Assembly (NCBI GenBank): GCA_014376935.1
Contig: JACMQO010000087.1
Coordinates: 5,289 to 69,288, forward strand
From: Bdellovibrio sp.
GTDB taxonomy: Bacteria; Bdellovibrionota; Bdellovibrionia; Bdellovibrionales; Bdellovibrionaceae
DNA: 64,000 nucleotides
Direction of reading: 5' to 3'
The translations under genes were made by a program, and so were the position numbers. The notes beneath the pieces were generated by a model. The model did not search any database and was not told the DNA's origin. It was given only the letters and a program-made list of their open reading frames with translations. Below are positions 51,924 through 62,011 of the stretch, piece after piece; position 1 is the stretch's first letter, and every line of letters begins with the position of its first letter.

Positions 51924-53009
51924 TTATTTTTCGTCAACTTTAAAGGTACGAGACGGATCTTTTTCGACCATGTAAAGTGTGAAGTAAAGTCTAGATATTT
52001 CGATACCCGAGCTTGTTTCGACGACGATCTTCCAATCGCCTTCGGTATAATTTGATTTGTAGGCATATCCGCGAAAGCCTTCTTCACGGCCGCCTTGAAT
52101 TTTCAAAGGAACTTTGTCGGTTGAAATCCAATTTGCTTTTTTGTCTTTTTGAAACCAGTGAACAATGACTTGATCTGAAATACGGGCTGGAGAATAAATC
52201 TGTGCGTAAAAATAGATTTTATCACCCGATTCGGCTCTAAAACTTGAATTTGTGCGTTGCCAGAAGTGGCGTTCGGCATCTTCATAGGATAACAGGTATT
52301 TGCCTTCTTTTTTCTCGATCATATGGTAAACGCCCTGTTCTTTAACGCTTAAAGGAACCGGCGGGATCCAACCTAAAAAGTAAAACAGAGCAAAAACGGC
52401 AATCACCGAAACGGCTGGTGCAAAAATCGCGCGATAAAGAATGTGATGCTCTTGAATCGCCTTATTTAAAAAGCGAAACTGAAGGTAATAAAACCCGACC
52501 GTCGTTGCAATGGCGCATCCGAACGGGAAAACGCCGACAAATCCAAAGGCGATGGGGTATACAATGGAAAGAAACGAAAATAGACAGATAGCGTGAAGTG
52601 CAACCTTAAGCCCCAAATTTGCTTTTTTAACAAATGGAAGTTCATTCGCTAAAATGATGGCTAACATCAGTATCAAAAAGACAAGGCTACTAAAAAGCGA
52701 GGCACTTTTTATATAAAAGATCGAATAGACATTTAACAATGTTCCCAATAAGAAATGCAGGGCTAAATTTCGGTAAGGCCATACTTTAGCGACGGTCGTA
52801 CCGGGGCGCCATTTCATCAGGCGGTACAAAATTTCAAAGTGAATAAAGGCCGAAATCAAAAATAGGTAAACCATCTGTTGAAAGATAGAGAACAGCTCGT
52901 CCGGGGCGGCGACCATCCACGCGTCAAATACGAAACCTCCGATAAAGAAGATGATGTCTAGTTTAGTTTCATGCTTTTCGCGAAAGGACGCTATTTTTTC
53001 TTTTAGCAT
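51924..53009 (-). CDS. Membrane protein with C-terminal DUF2914-like domain
   Basis: About 7 TM helices, then FYAQIYSP, HW, GGREEGFRGYAYK, GDWKIVVET. Confidence 0.75.
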   Translation of the reverse strand: MLKEKIASFREKHETKLDIIFFIGGFVFDAWMVAAPDELFSIFQQMVYLFLISAFIHFEILYRLMKWRPGTTVAKVWPYRNLALHFLLGTLLNVYSIFYIKSASLFSSLVFLILMLAIILANELPFVKKANLGLKVALHAICLFSFLSIVYPIAFGFVGVFPFGCAIATTVGFYYLQFRFLNKAIQEHHILYRAIFAPAVSVIAVFALFYFLGWIPPVPLSVKEQGVYHMIEKKEGKYLLSYEDAERHFWQRTNSSFRAESGDKIYFYAQIYSPARISDQVIVHWFQKDKKANWISTDKVPLKIQGGREEGFRGYAYKSNYTEGDWKIVVETSSGIEISRLYFTLYMVEKDPSRTFKVDEK

Positions 53010-53088
53010 TTGTACAGCGTCGCAGAAAACAAGAAGGGGCTCAACTTATATTGTTGCGAATCAACAATGGCAGAAATACGCTTAAAAG

Positions 53089-55131
53089 ATGCAAACTCCA
53101 GCCGCCCCTAAAAAAGCAAAACAGTTTAATAATCACGGTGATTTACGTACAGATAATTATTTTTGGCTACGCGACAAAGAAGACCCACAAGCCATGGCCT
53201 ATTTGAACGCCGAAAATGACTATTTTCAAAACCATATGAAACCTTTAGAAAAATTAAAAAATAAACTTTTTAAAGAAATGAAATCACGCATTAAAGAAAA
53301 TGATTCTTCGGTGCCTTATTTAGATGGTGATTACTACTATTGGAGCCAGTTTAAAAAAGGTTTTCAGTATTCTTTTGAAATGCGTAAACTTAAAAAAGGT
53401 GGCGGTGCAGTAGTTTATTTAGATTGTAACAAGCTAGCTGCCGGTAAAAAGTATTTCAGTCTGGGTGGAAGCGAACTTGCGGCTGACGAAAATATGTTAG
53501 CTTACGCTGTTGATTTTGACGGATCTGAGAAATACAGTATTCACTTTAGAAATATAAAAACAGGTTTAGATACAAAAGAAGTGATCCCTAATTGTTCAGG
53601 ATCATTTAAGTGGGCCAAAGACAGTCAGACTTTATTCTACGTCGCGATTGACGATAATTTAAGACCGTATCGTGTTTGTCGGCATAAATTAGGTGACGAT
53701 ATCAAAAATGACAAAGTTGTTTTTGAAGAATCGGATTCTCAATATTTTATTCATCTTTATCAGGGGCTATCGCAAGATTTTATTTACCTTTATACCGGCG
53801 GTAAAATCACGACCGAGATTTGGTATCTAAAGTCAGATGATAGTTCAGGTCAGTTTAAGTGTTTTGAAGCACGCAAAGAAGGTATCGAATACCGCGTATT
53901 GGATCGACACGGCGATTTTTGGGTGCGCACCAATTATAAAGCCCTTAATTTTCAAATTATGAAAGTCAGTTCTAAATCAACGGCTAAGAGAAATTGGAAA
54001 ACAATTTTGAAGGCGTCAGGTCAAATTTTACGCGAGGGCTTTTTATTGTTCGAAGACTATTTAGTTGTCAGTGAAAAAGCAAACGGGCTACCGCAAATTC
54101 GTATTAAAGATTTAAATAGTAATTCAGAGCACGTGATTTCATTTCCTGATAAAGCTTATGATGTTTCTATCGCCGGGGGTAATGCGATTTTTACGGCACA
54201 GAACATTCGCTTGTCTTATTCGTCTCCGGTAACACCCCCATCCGTTTTAGATTACGATATCCAAAAGAAGAAATTTAAAACTTTAAAAATAAAAAAGGTT
54301 AAGGGCCATAAAAAATCCGATTATGTATGTGAACGCGTTTTCGTAAAATCACATGATCAGGTAAAAGTTCCTTTAACGATCGTTTATAAAAAAGGACTGA
54401 AGAAAAACGGGACTGCTCCGGGTTATTTGTACGGGTATGGTTCGTATGGGGCCAGCATGCCCGACGCTTTTCCGGGACGCCGTGATCTATTCCGTTTGAT
54501 TGATCGAGGATTTGTTTACGCTTTAGCGCATCCGCGTGGTGGTTCAGAAATGGGTCGCAGCTGGTACGAAGATGGTAAATTTTTAAAAAAGAAAAATACT
54601 TTTCAAGACTTCATCGCGTGCGGGGACTACTTAGTAAAAAATAAATTTGTCAGTAAAGCTAAATTAGCCGCTTGCGGTGGTAGTGCGGGTGGAATGTTGA
54701 TGGGGGCAAGTATCAACATGCGTCCTGATTTGTTTTCAGTGGTAGCAGCCCATGTTCCCTTCGTTGATGTGATCAATACGATGCTTGATAAAGATCTGCT
54801 GCTGACTCAAGTTGAATTCAAAGAATGGGGTAACCCTGAAGAAAAAAAATATTATAACTACATTAAGAGTTATTCTCCTTACGATAATGTCGAAGCAAAA
54901 GCTTACCCGCATTTATTTGTAACTTGCGGCCTGAATGATCCACGAGTGACGTACTGGGAGCCCGCAAAATGGGTGGCTAAATTACGCGAGCTTAAAACTG
55001 ACGCGCACACAATCTTATTTAAAACAAACATGGGCGCCGGCCATTTCGGAGTGTCGGGTCGTTTTGATCATTTGTGGGAGCAGGCTGAAGAGTACGCCTT
55101 TGTTTTAAATAAATTCGGGATAAAGAAATAA
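53089..55131 (+). CDS. ptrB: Oligopeptidase B (protease II, S9A)
   Basis: DNYFWLRD, YGYGSYG, RGGSEMG, GGSAGG, DPRVTYWEPAKW, GHFG. Confidence 0.93.
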   Translation: MQTPAAPKKAKQFNNHGDLRTDNYFWLRDKEDPQAMAYLNAENDYFQNHMKPLEKLKNKLFKEMKSRIKENDSSVPYLDGDYYYWSQFKKGFQYSFEMRKLKKGGGAVVYLDCNKLAAGKKYFSLGGSELAADENMLAYAVDFDGSEKYSIHFRNIKTGLDTKEVIPNCSGSFKWAKDSQTLFYVAIDDNLRPYRVCRHKLGDDIKNDKVVFEESDSQYFIHLYQGLSQDFIYLYTGGKITTEIWYLKSDDSSGQFKCFEARKEGIEYRVLDRHGDFWVRTNYKALNFQIMKVSSKSTAKRNWKTILKASGQILREGFLLFEDYLVVSEKANGLPQIRIKDLNSNSEHVISFPDKAYDVSIAGGNAIFTAQNIRLSYSSPVTPPSVLDYDIQKKKFKTLKIKKVKGHKKSDYVCERVFVKSHDQVKVPLTIVYKKGLKKNGTAPGYLYGYGSYGASMPDAFPGRRDLFRLIDRGFVYALAHPRGGSEMGRSWYEDGKFLKKKNTFQDFIACGDYLVKNKFVSKAKLAACGGSAGGMLMGASINMRPDLFSVVAAHVPFVDVINTMLDKDLLLTQVEFKEWGNPEEKKYYNYIKSYSPYDNVEAKAYPHLFVTCGLNDPRVTYWEPAKWVAKLRELKTDAHTILFKTNMGAGHFGVSGRFDHLWEQAEEYAFVLNKFGIKK

Positions 55132-55775
55132 TGGATGCGGTCATCGTGAATCAATTTGAAAAACAAATCGCGAAACGTATGAAATATGAATGCGAAATGC
55201 ATCCAGATCCGGCCCACGATTTTTCACACGTCCAGCGCGTAGTTAAGTCGGCTCAAGATTTAGCATTAAAAGAAGGGGCCGATTTAAATGTCGTCATTCC
55301 TGCGGCCTACTTACACGATGTAGTTATTATATCAAAGTCAGATCCAAGGCGAACGCAGGCCAGTCAACTATCGGCGGATGAAGCTATCCAATTTTTAAGA
55401 AGTTTAAACTATCCAGAAAAATATTTTAAGGGGATTCATCATGCGATCACAGCCCATAGTTTTTCGGCGGGTATACAGGCTGAGACCCTTGAAGCTAAAA
55501 TTGTGCAAGATGCGGATCGATTAGACGGTCTTGGCGCGGTGGGCATCGCCCGCTGTTTTGCTTTAAGTGGTGTTTTTAAAACAAAGTTTTACAATGATGA
55601 GCAGATGATTTCGGTGACGCGTCCGTTAAATGACAAAGAATATACTTTAGACCATTTCTTCGTGAAGTTGCTCAAGGTGCCCGAAATGCTTCATACCAAA
55701 TCGGCACGCGCTGAAGGGCAACGTCGGGCCGAATATTTAAAAGGATTTGTAGCACAGCTTCAGACCGAGGTATAA
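55131..55775 (+). CDS. HD-domain phosphohydrolase (YedJ-like)
   Basis: AHDFSHVQRV, AYLHD, HSFS, VQDADRLDGLGAVGIAR, LDHF. Confidence 0.9.
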   Translation: MDAVIVNQFEKQIAKRMKYECEMHPDPAHDFSHVQRVVKSAQDLALKEGADLNVVIPAAYLHDVVIISKSDPRRTQASQLSADEAIQFLRSLNYPEKYFKGIHHAITAHSFSAGIQAETLEAKIVQDADRLDGLGAVGIARCFALSGVFKTKFYNDEQMISVTRPLNDKEYTLDHFFVKLLKVPEMLHTKSARAEGQRRAEYLKGFVAQLQTEV

Positions 55776-55794
55776 CTGTCGGCAGAGGATCTTT

Positions 55795-56547
55795 ATGTTG
55801 TATGGTAACAGTTCAATTTCAACTTACACTCGCAGTAATATCACCGTTTGGATGGCATTAGCTTTTCAAGGTGGATTGTTGAATGTGGGGGGCTTTATGG
55901 CTTGCCATCGATTTGTTTCACATGTGACGGGGTTTGCAACCTTTTTTGGTGTTGAAATAAGTCGTCATGATTTTGGTCAAGCGTTGGGAATGTTAGTCGT
56001 TCCCTTATTTTTCTTATGCGGCGCTATGATCAGTGGATTTTTGGTTGATATTCGGATGAAGATGGATAAAAAACCAAAATACTACATCATCTTTGGCGTC
56101 ATGTTTATTTTGATATTAGTTGCTTCTATCGGAGGCTCTAATGGAGCATTCGGTAAATTCGGAGAACCCCTTGAGCTTAACCGTGACTACTTACTGTTGG
56201 CACTACTGTGTTTAATTTGTGGTATGCAAAATGGAACGATTACAACCGTTTCTAAATCTGTTGTGCGCACGACACATTTAAGTGGAATCACAACTGATCT
56301 TGGTATCGGCATTGTGCGATTTCTTTTTCGTAAACACTTGCCGGGAAACATTGATGAAGACGTGAAAGCAAATTTAATGCGTCTGGGAATTATTTTGTTT
56401 TTCGGTTTAGGTTCGGTCACTGGTGCTTTAGTCTTTGCAAATAACGGTTATAAAGGTTTTTTCCTTCCCGCTTTTATTACAGGCGCTTTATTCTTAATTA
56501 CCTTTTATTTCCAAGTTGGCCGTTACCTCATTAAATTTAAAGAGTAA
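55795..56547 (+). CDS. YoaK/DUF1275 family membrane protein
   Basis: FVSHVTG, CGMQNG, VRTTHLSGITTDLG. Confidence 0.88.
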   Translation: MLYGNSSISTYTRSNITVWMALAFQGGLLNVGGFMACHRFVSHVTGFATFFGVEISRHDFGQALGMLVVPLFFLCGAMISGFLVDIRMKMDKKPKYYIIFGVMFILILVASIGGSNGAFGKFGEPLELNRDYLLLALLCLICGMQNGTITTVSKSVVRTTHLSGITTDLGIGIVRFLFRKHLPGNIDEDVKANLMRLGIILFFGLGSVTGALVFANNGYKGFFLPAFITGALFLITFYFQVGRYLIKFKE

Positions 56548-56556
56548 GTCAAAGCT

Positions 56557-58281
56557 ATGTATACACTTCGCCCGTACCAACAAGAGGCCGTTAATTCGAC
56601 GCTGAATCATTTCAGACGTGAGCGCACTCCAGCCGTTATTGTGCTGCCGACAGGCGCGGGTAAAAGTCTGGTTATCGCCGAGCTAGCTCGATTGGCGCGT
56701 GGCCGCGTCTTGGTGATGGCGCACGTGAAAGAATTGGTCGAACAAAATCACGCTAAATATTTAAGTTTTGGATTAGAGGCTGGTATTTATTCGGCAGGTT
56801 TAAATCGTAAAGACATGGATCACAAGGTGATTTTTGGAAGTATTCAGTCGATAGCTAGGGCGCCTGATGAATTTTTTCAAAGTTTTTCGATTTTAATCAT
56901 AGACGAATGTCACCGCATTTCAATGGAGAAAGACACGCAGTACTTTCAAGTGATTGATCGTTTACAAAAAATTAATCCTGAAATTTGCGTGTTAGGTTTA
57001 ACGGCCACGCCGTACCGTCTAGGGCAGGGCTGGATCTATCAAACAAATAAACCAAAGAAATTACAGCAGACAACCGAAGAGCGCTTTTTTAAAAAATGCA
57101 TATTCGAATTATCGATTCGATTTATGATTAAGAATCATTTTTTAACTCTGCCGATTCAGATTGATTCTCCGGTCGCGTGTTATGATTTTTCGAGTTTAAA
57201 ACTGAAGGGAACACATTTTTTAATCACGCAAGTCGAAGAATTATTAAGGGATCAAAAAAGAATCACACCAGTGATTATTCAAAATATCATTGATATGGCA
57301 GTCGACCGGCAAGGTGTGATGATTTTTACGAGTTCGGTCAACCACGCAAAAGAAATTTTACAAAGCTTGCCACCAAAAATTTCAGCTTTAGTTGTGGGCG
57401 ACACAGAAAGTACCGAAAGGGACGAAATTATTGAGGCGTTCAAGGCAAAAAAACTAAAATACTTAGTGAACGTTTCGGTTTTAACGACAGGCTTTGATGC
57501 TCCTCATGTGGACGTCATTGCGATTTTGCGCCCCACGGAATCGATCAGTTTATATCAGCAGATCGTTGGTCGTGGTTTACGCTTGAGCGAAGGTAAAACG
57601 GATTGTTTGATTTTAGACTATACGGGGCAAGGGCATGACTTATTTTCTCCTGAAATTGAAGATGACAAGCCCGCCAGTCAGTCGGTTCAGGTCGAAGTGA
57701 TGTGCCCATCTTGTGGGGTTACGAATAATTTCTGGGGTCTAAAAGATAGTGATGGAAGCATCACCGAACACTTTGGCCGTAAATGTAAAGGGATCTTTGA
57801 AAACCCGCATAGCTTGGAAAATACGCCGTGCGGCTTTCGATTTAGGTTTAAGCGCTGTGATAAATGCGGCGAAGAAAACGATATTGCGGCCCGTAGTTGT
57901 CAATCGTGCCACCATCTGTTGGTTGATAACGATAAAAAATTAAAAGAGGCGATGTCGTTAAAAGACGCGCACGTCATGCGGGTTGATTCGATGGATTTTA
58001 AAGCGGGACAAGATAAAAAAGGATCACCACGCTTAGAGATTAAATACTATGATGCCGACGCCGAAGTTTTAACCGAGTATTTCTATTTAAACACGAAAGA
58101 AGATTGCCGAGCTTTCTATTTTAATTTTATTCGAATGCATAATCGTAGGCCTGAGATAAAAATCGATATTCAAAGCGTAGATCAAGCTATTCAAAATAAA
58201 AGTTTATTTCGTCAGCCGATGTTCGTTATCGCTAGAAAACAGAAGTATTTTTGGAGTATAAAAGAAAAGATATTTGACTAG
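56557..58281 (+). CDS. radD: DNA repair helicase RadD (YejH-like, SF2)
   Basis: LRPYQ, PTGAGKS, DECH, TATP, VLTTGFDAPHVD, QIVGRGLR, Cys-rich Zn domain. Confidence 0.88.
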   Translation: MYTLRPYQQEAVNSTLNHFRRERTPAVIVLPTGAGKSLVIAELARLARGRVLVMAHVKELVEQNHAKYLSFGLEAGIYSAGLNRKDMDHKVIFGSIQSIARAPDEFFQSFSILIIDECHRISMEKDTQYFQVIDRLQKINPEICVLGLTATPYRLGQGWIYQTNKPKKLQQTTEERFFKKCIFELSIRFMIKNHFLTLPIQIDSPVACYDFSSLKLKGTHFLITQVEELLRDQKRITPVIIQNIIDMAVDRQGVMIFTSSVNHAKEILQSLPPKISALVVGDTESTERDEIIEAFKAKKLKYLVNVSVLTTGFDAPHVDVIAILRPTESISLYQQIVGRGLRLSEGKTDCLILDYTGQGHDLFSPEIEDDKPASQSVQVEVMCPSCGVTNNFWGLKDSDGSITEHFGRKCKGIFENPHSLENTPCGFRFRFKRCDKCGEENDIAARSCQSCHHLLVDNDKKLKEAMSLKDAHVMRVDSMDFKAGQDKKGSPRLEIKYYDADAEVLTEYFYLNTKEDCRAFYFNFIRMHNRRPEIKIDIQSVDQAIQNKSLFRQPMFVIARKQKYFWSIKEKIFD

Positions 58282-58338
58282 TTTGTTCAAAACGATAGAA
58301 AATAGCAAGTAAGTTACTTGTTACCAGTGGGACGTTCT

Positions 58339-59091
58339 ATGCGCTTATTGATCTACACGACTATTCTAATTTTGGCGCCAACTTTGGTAAAGGCCAAAGA
58401 ACTCATCTTAGATATGCTCGAGTTTGCTCCCGTCGTTGTCCCTGATCATCCGAGTAAAGGTTTGGTCGGAGAAATCGTTCAAGAGGCCATCAATAAAAGT
58501 GGATATAAAGCAAAAATTTATTTTATGCCGGCCCGGCGGGCGATCGCGACGGCTCCACTAGAAAAAAATACCCTGATTGTTCCTCTGGCCCGATTGAAAG
58601 AGCGTGAAGCTGATTTTACTTGGATTGCGCCATTGATCGCTGTCGACCGTGTATTTTTCACGACGGGTAAAACCGTTGATTCTTACAAAAAAGCAAAATC
58701 TACTTATAAGGCGATTGCTGTTTCAAGAGGAACGGCCGGAACTTCGATCTTGCGAGCTCAAGGATTTACTGAAAAGCAAATCATCGAAGTGAATAAAGGG
58801 GAAAGCGCTCCGTCAATGTTATTAGCGAATCATGCTGATGCTTGGTTTAATTCTGTCAGCGAAGGTCTTATCGTCTTAAAAAGTATCGATACCGAGAAAA
58901 GGGTAATTAAAGGCGGAGTCGTCGGAGTTTCGACGCATTATTTAGCGTGTTCTAAAGAGTGTGATGCGGTCATGGTTCAAAAATTGAGACAAACATTAAA
59001 AGCAATGGCAACGGATGGAACCCTTAAAAAAATTATCTCGAAGCACGAAAAATTTGAAGGAATTGAACTGGTTCCAAATTTTGAAGATTAA
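58339..59091 (+). CDS. Orphan periplasmic substrate-binding protein (family 3-like)
   Basis: Signal peptide, GLVGEIV, PARRA, RLKEREADFTW, KLRQTL; ATG 58339 preferred over track start 58318. Confidence 0.8.
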   Translation: MRLLIYTTILILAPTLVKAKELILDMLEFAPVVVPDHPSKGLVGEIVQEAINKSGYKAKIYFMPARRAIATAPLEKNTLIVPLARLKEREADFTWIAPLIAVDRVFFTTGKTVDSYKKAKSTYKAIAVSRGTAGTSILRAQGFTEKQIIEVNKGESAPSMLLANHADAWFNSVSEGLIVLKSIDTEKRVIKGGVVGVSTHYLACSKECDAVMVQKLRQTLKAMATDGTLKKIISKHEKFEGIELVPNFED

Positions 59092-60299
59092 AATATATTA
59101 AAGAATTTTTTGTGAATTATTTTTTGCGACTTGTAAATTCCCTTTAAGCCTGAACAGTAATAGCTCATAAAGCACGCGACAAATGCGTATGGTGCGATCG
59201 GTAAGCCAAATATCTCGATGGCCATTAAAGTACAAGCTATCGGTGTGTTCGACGCTCCAGCAAATACGGCGGCAAAGCCGACTGCCGCAAGAATTTTAAA
59301 TGAAATCGGTAAAAGAAAAGAAAGGGCGCTGCCTAGGGTAGTGCCAATGAAAACTAGCGGAATAAATTCGCCGCCCTTAAATCCAGAGCCAATCGTTAGA
59401 GATGTAAAAATAGTTTTGAAAATGGGATCAGTAAACAAGGCCGGATTGTGCAACGCTTGTTGAATCACCGGAATTCCTAATCCCACGTAGCGGTAACTGC
59501 CTTCGGCGTAATATAGAACCACCAGAAGTAATCCCGCAAAGAAAGGTTTTAGCGGTGGATAGGTCACAAATTTTTGTTGAACTTTTTCGATCAGGTGGGT
59601 CATGAACATAAATAGACGGGCGGCTCCGCCAAAAATAACTCCGGCAACGGCTACGAAAAAAAGTAATTTCAAATCAAAAGCGGGTGCAGAAATAAGTCCA
59701 TATTCGGTGTGATGGGCGCCAATGAAAATAGCCGTATAATAACCGACAAAGGATGCGATCAAAGATTGAAACCAAGCAAAAGGTTTAAACCGTCCGACGT
59801 GAATCATCTCCATTCCAAAAATGAACCCGGCCCAAGGTGCGCCGATGGCGGCTCCGAAACCGGCCCCGGCCCCAGCGGCTAGCAAAAATTTGCGTTCTTC
59901 GCCATTAATTTTAAATACGCGCGACAATTGATCGGCAAAAGAAGCCGACATTTGGACGGCGGTTCCTTCACGCCCAACCGAGCCGCCGAATAGATGCGTT
60001 AGTAAGGTGCTAACTAAAATCATCGGCCCCATCGATACCGGAATTACTTTTTTTGGATCATGAATTTCGTCTAAAATTAAATTCGTACCGGCACTGATGT
60101 CGCGTCCGTAGCGATGATACATGTAACCGATGGTGAATCCTGCGAAAGGTAAGCCCCAAATCAGAATGGGGTTTAGATCGCGGGTGTTTGTAACCCATTC
60201 AAGTGAAATCAAAAAAACGGCCGCGCAAATTCCGGCGATTAGGCCGATGAAAGCGCTTAAGACTGTCCAACGTAAATAATTTCTTAAAAATGAATTCAT
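59088..60299 (-). CDS. CLC family anion transporter, CLC-F (EriC fluoride/H+ antiporter) type
   Basis: GTNLI, GSVGREGTAVQ, KGGEFIP, ASNTP; about 400 aa with no CBS domains. Confidence 0.88.
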   Translation of the reverse strand: MNSFLRNYLRWTVLSAFIGLIAGICAAVFLISLEWVTNTRDLNPILIWGLPFAGFTIGYMYHRYGRDISAGTNLILDEIHDPKKVIPVSMGPMILVSTLLTHLFGGSVGREGTAVQMSASFADQLSRVFKINGEERKFLLAAGAGAGFGAAIGAPWAGFIFGMEMIHVGRFKPFAWFQSLIASFVGYYTAIFIGAHHTEYGLISAPAFDLKLLFFVAVAGVIFGGAARLFMFMTHLIEKVQQKFVTYPPLKPFFAGLLLVVLYYAEGSYRYVGLGIPVIQQALHNPALFTDPIFKTIFTSLTIGSGFKGGEFIPLVFIGTTLGSALSFLLPISFKILAAVGFAAVFAGASNTPIACTLMAIEIFGLPIAPYAFVACFMSYYCSGLKGIYKSQKIIHKKFFNIF

Positions 60300-60484
60300 A
60301 AATACCGCGTCGCAAAGTTGACGGACTTAAAAAAGTTTCGAGTTCGATGCTATGTTAGCGCGAACTCTTTTAAATGCAATGTTCAATTTTACCGAAAAAA
60401 ATGGGATTAAAACTGTCTGTCCCAAAGTGGCTTTTTCGTTTTGCAAACGCCGACTCATTCATATTAAGATGACCTGGGGGTGCG

Positions 60485-62011
60485 ATGAAAACATACGCTA
60501 TGGATCAAGCGGAAAAACGCAGTGAAGTTTGCAATCGCATTCTACGCGCCCTTCCGAAATGGTTTGGCCTTGAATACGCCATCGTCAATTACGTGGATGA
60601 AGTTAAAACAATGGACACTTGGTTTGCCGAAGAGGCCGGGCAAGTGGTTGGTTTTATTTCTATCCGTAAGCACAATACATTTACGGCTGAAATTCACGTG
60701 ATGGGTATTTTAGAGTCTTTTCACCGTCAAGGTGTTGGATCAAAACTGGTGCAAGCGGCACAAAAAAGTTTGGCGGCTTCTGGCTTTAAATACCTGCAAG
60801 TTAAAACTCTTTCAGAAAATAGGGCCGATCGTAATTACGATAAAACAAGACGTTTTTATCTAAGTGATGGATTTACACCGATCGAAGAGTTTAAAACTTT
60901 GTGGGACGAGTTTAATCCATGCCTGATGTTGATCAAAGAAATTCAGCGAAAATCAGAAATGACAATTTCGAAAGTTAAGTTTCCTGACTACACTTTTAAT
61001 GGCGAGTTGCGCGAAGTTCCGAAAAACAGAGAAGACCTTGACTATTTTATAGAAGATCTTTCAAAAAGGCTGGCGACCGAGACAAACCAAGAAGATCGAA
61101 GATATTTACTTGAAAACTTAGGTACGGCTTGTCGTATCGACGGTCGATTAGCAGACGCAGAAACGTATTTTTTAAAAGCATTAAATTTATCGATCGCAGT
61201 TGATATCAGTGCGATGATTCGAAATCAAATTCGACTGGCGCACGTCTATCAATGGCAAAAAGAATTTGAAAAAGCTCATGCGATGATGGCGCAGGCGAAA
61301 GCTTTGGCGAACGAAAACAAGATGAGCGAATCATTACGGGCGGCATTTCATCAGCATAAGGCTAAAATCTATTTTGATCAGGGGTTTTACGGTTTAGCGG
61401 TTTGCGAATTTGAATTAGCATTAAAAATTCGAACGAATAGCATGGCTCCAATAGATCAGTTAGAATCCACGCGACTTTCATTAGCTGAATCTAAAAAAAG
61501 GTGGGCCATTCAATTGGCTGATAAAATCACAATTCGGGTGGCTCAGGTGACTGATGCTGAAGCCATTCACCAAGCGCACATGATTTCGATCAAAGAGATC
61601 TGTTCAAAAGACCATAGCCCCGAAGAAATTCGCGTCTGGGGTGGGCGCAAATATAATCCTGATTTTAGGTTGCCTGGAATTTTGAATCAATTCTATTTGG
61701 TCGTCGAACACCAAGGTCAAATTGAAGGATTTTGCCAATTAAGAGTTGAGTATAAAGATCATCTTAAATCGGCCTACTTGTTTGGCTTCTATATTACCCC
61801 TAAAGTATTAAAAAAGAAAATCGGACACGCATTGATAAATTTAGTTTTCGAATTTTGCGAAAGCGAAAAAATGAATATCATTAATTTAAAATCAACGATC
61901 ACGTCTTTAAATTTTTACGAAAAGTACGGATTCCAAAAGATCAGCGAGCTTGAGGGTAAGCCCCGTGACGGCGTAACGGTCTGGGGTTACCCCATGACAA
62001 AGGCTTTATGA
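60485..62011 (+). CDS. GNAT-TPR-GNAT three-domain fusion protein
   Basis: GNAT1 (HRQGVGSKL, FYLSDGF), helical TPR-like middle (IRLAHVYQWQ, FDQGFY), GNAT2 (KKIGHAL, FYEKYGF). Confidence 0.8.
   Translation: MKTYAMDQAEKRSEVCNRILRALPKWFGLEYAIVNYVDEVKTMDTWFAEEAGQVVGFISIRKHNTFTAEIHVMGILESFHRQGVGSKLVQAAQKSLAASGFKYLQVKTLSENRADRNYDKTRRFYLSDGFTPIEEFKTLWDEFNPCLMLIKEIQRKSEMTISKVKFPDYTFNGELREVPKNREDLDYFIEDLSKRLATETNQEDRRYLLENLGTACRIDGRLADAETYFLKALNLSIAVDISAMIRNQIRLAHVYQWQKEFEKAHAMMAQAKALANENKMSESLRAAFHQHKAKIYFDQGFYGLAVCEFELALKIRTNSMAPIDQLESTRLSLAESKKRWAIQLADKITIRVAQVTDAEAIHQAHMISIKEICSKDHSPEEIRVWGGRKYNPDFRLPGILNQFYLVVEHQGQIEGFCQLRVEYKDHLKSAYLFGFYITPKVLKKKIGHALINLVFEFCESEKMNIINLKSTITSLNFYEKYGFQKISELEGKPRDGVTVWGYPMTKAL

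Noticed and set aside
60300-60484. Canonical fluoride (crcB) riboswitch upstream of CLC-F
   Set aside because: The GGCGAUG...UCGCC stem and GAC pseudoknot partner are not present; kept only as an unexplained leader.
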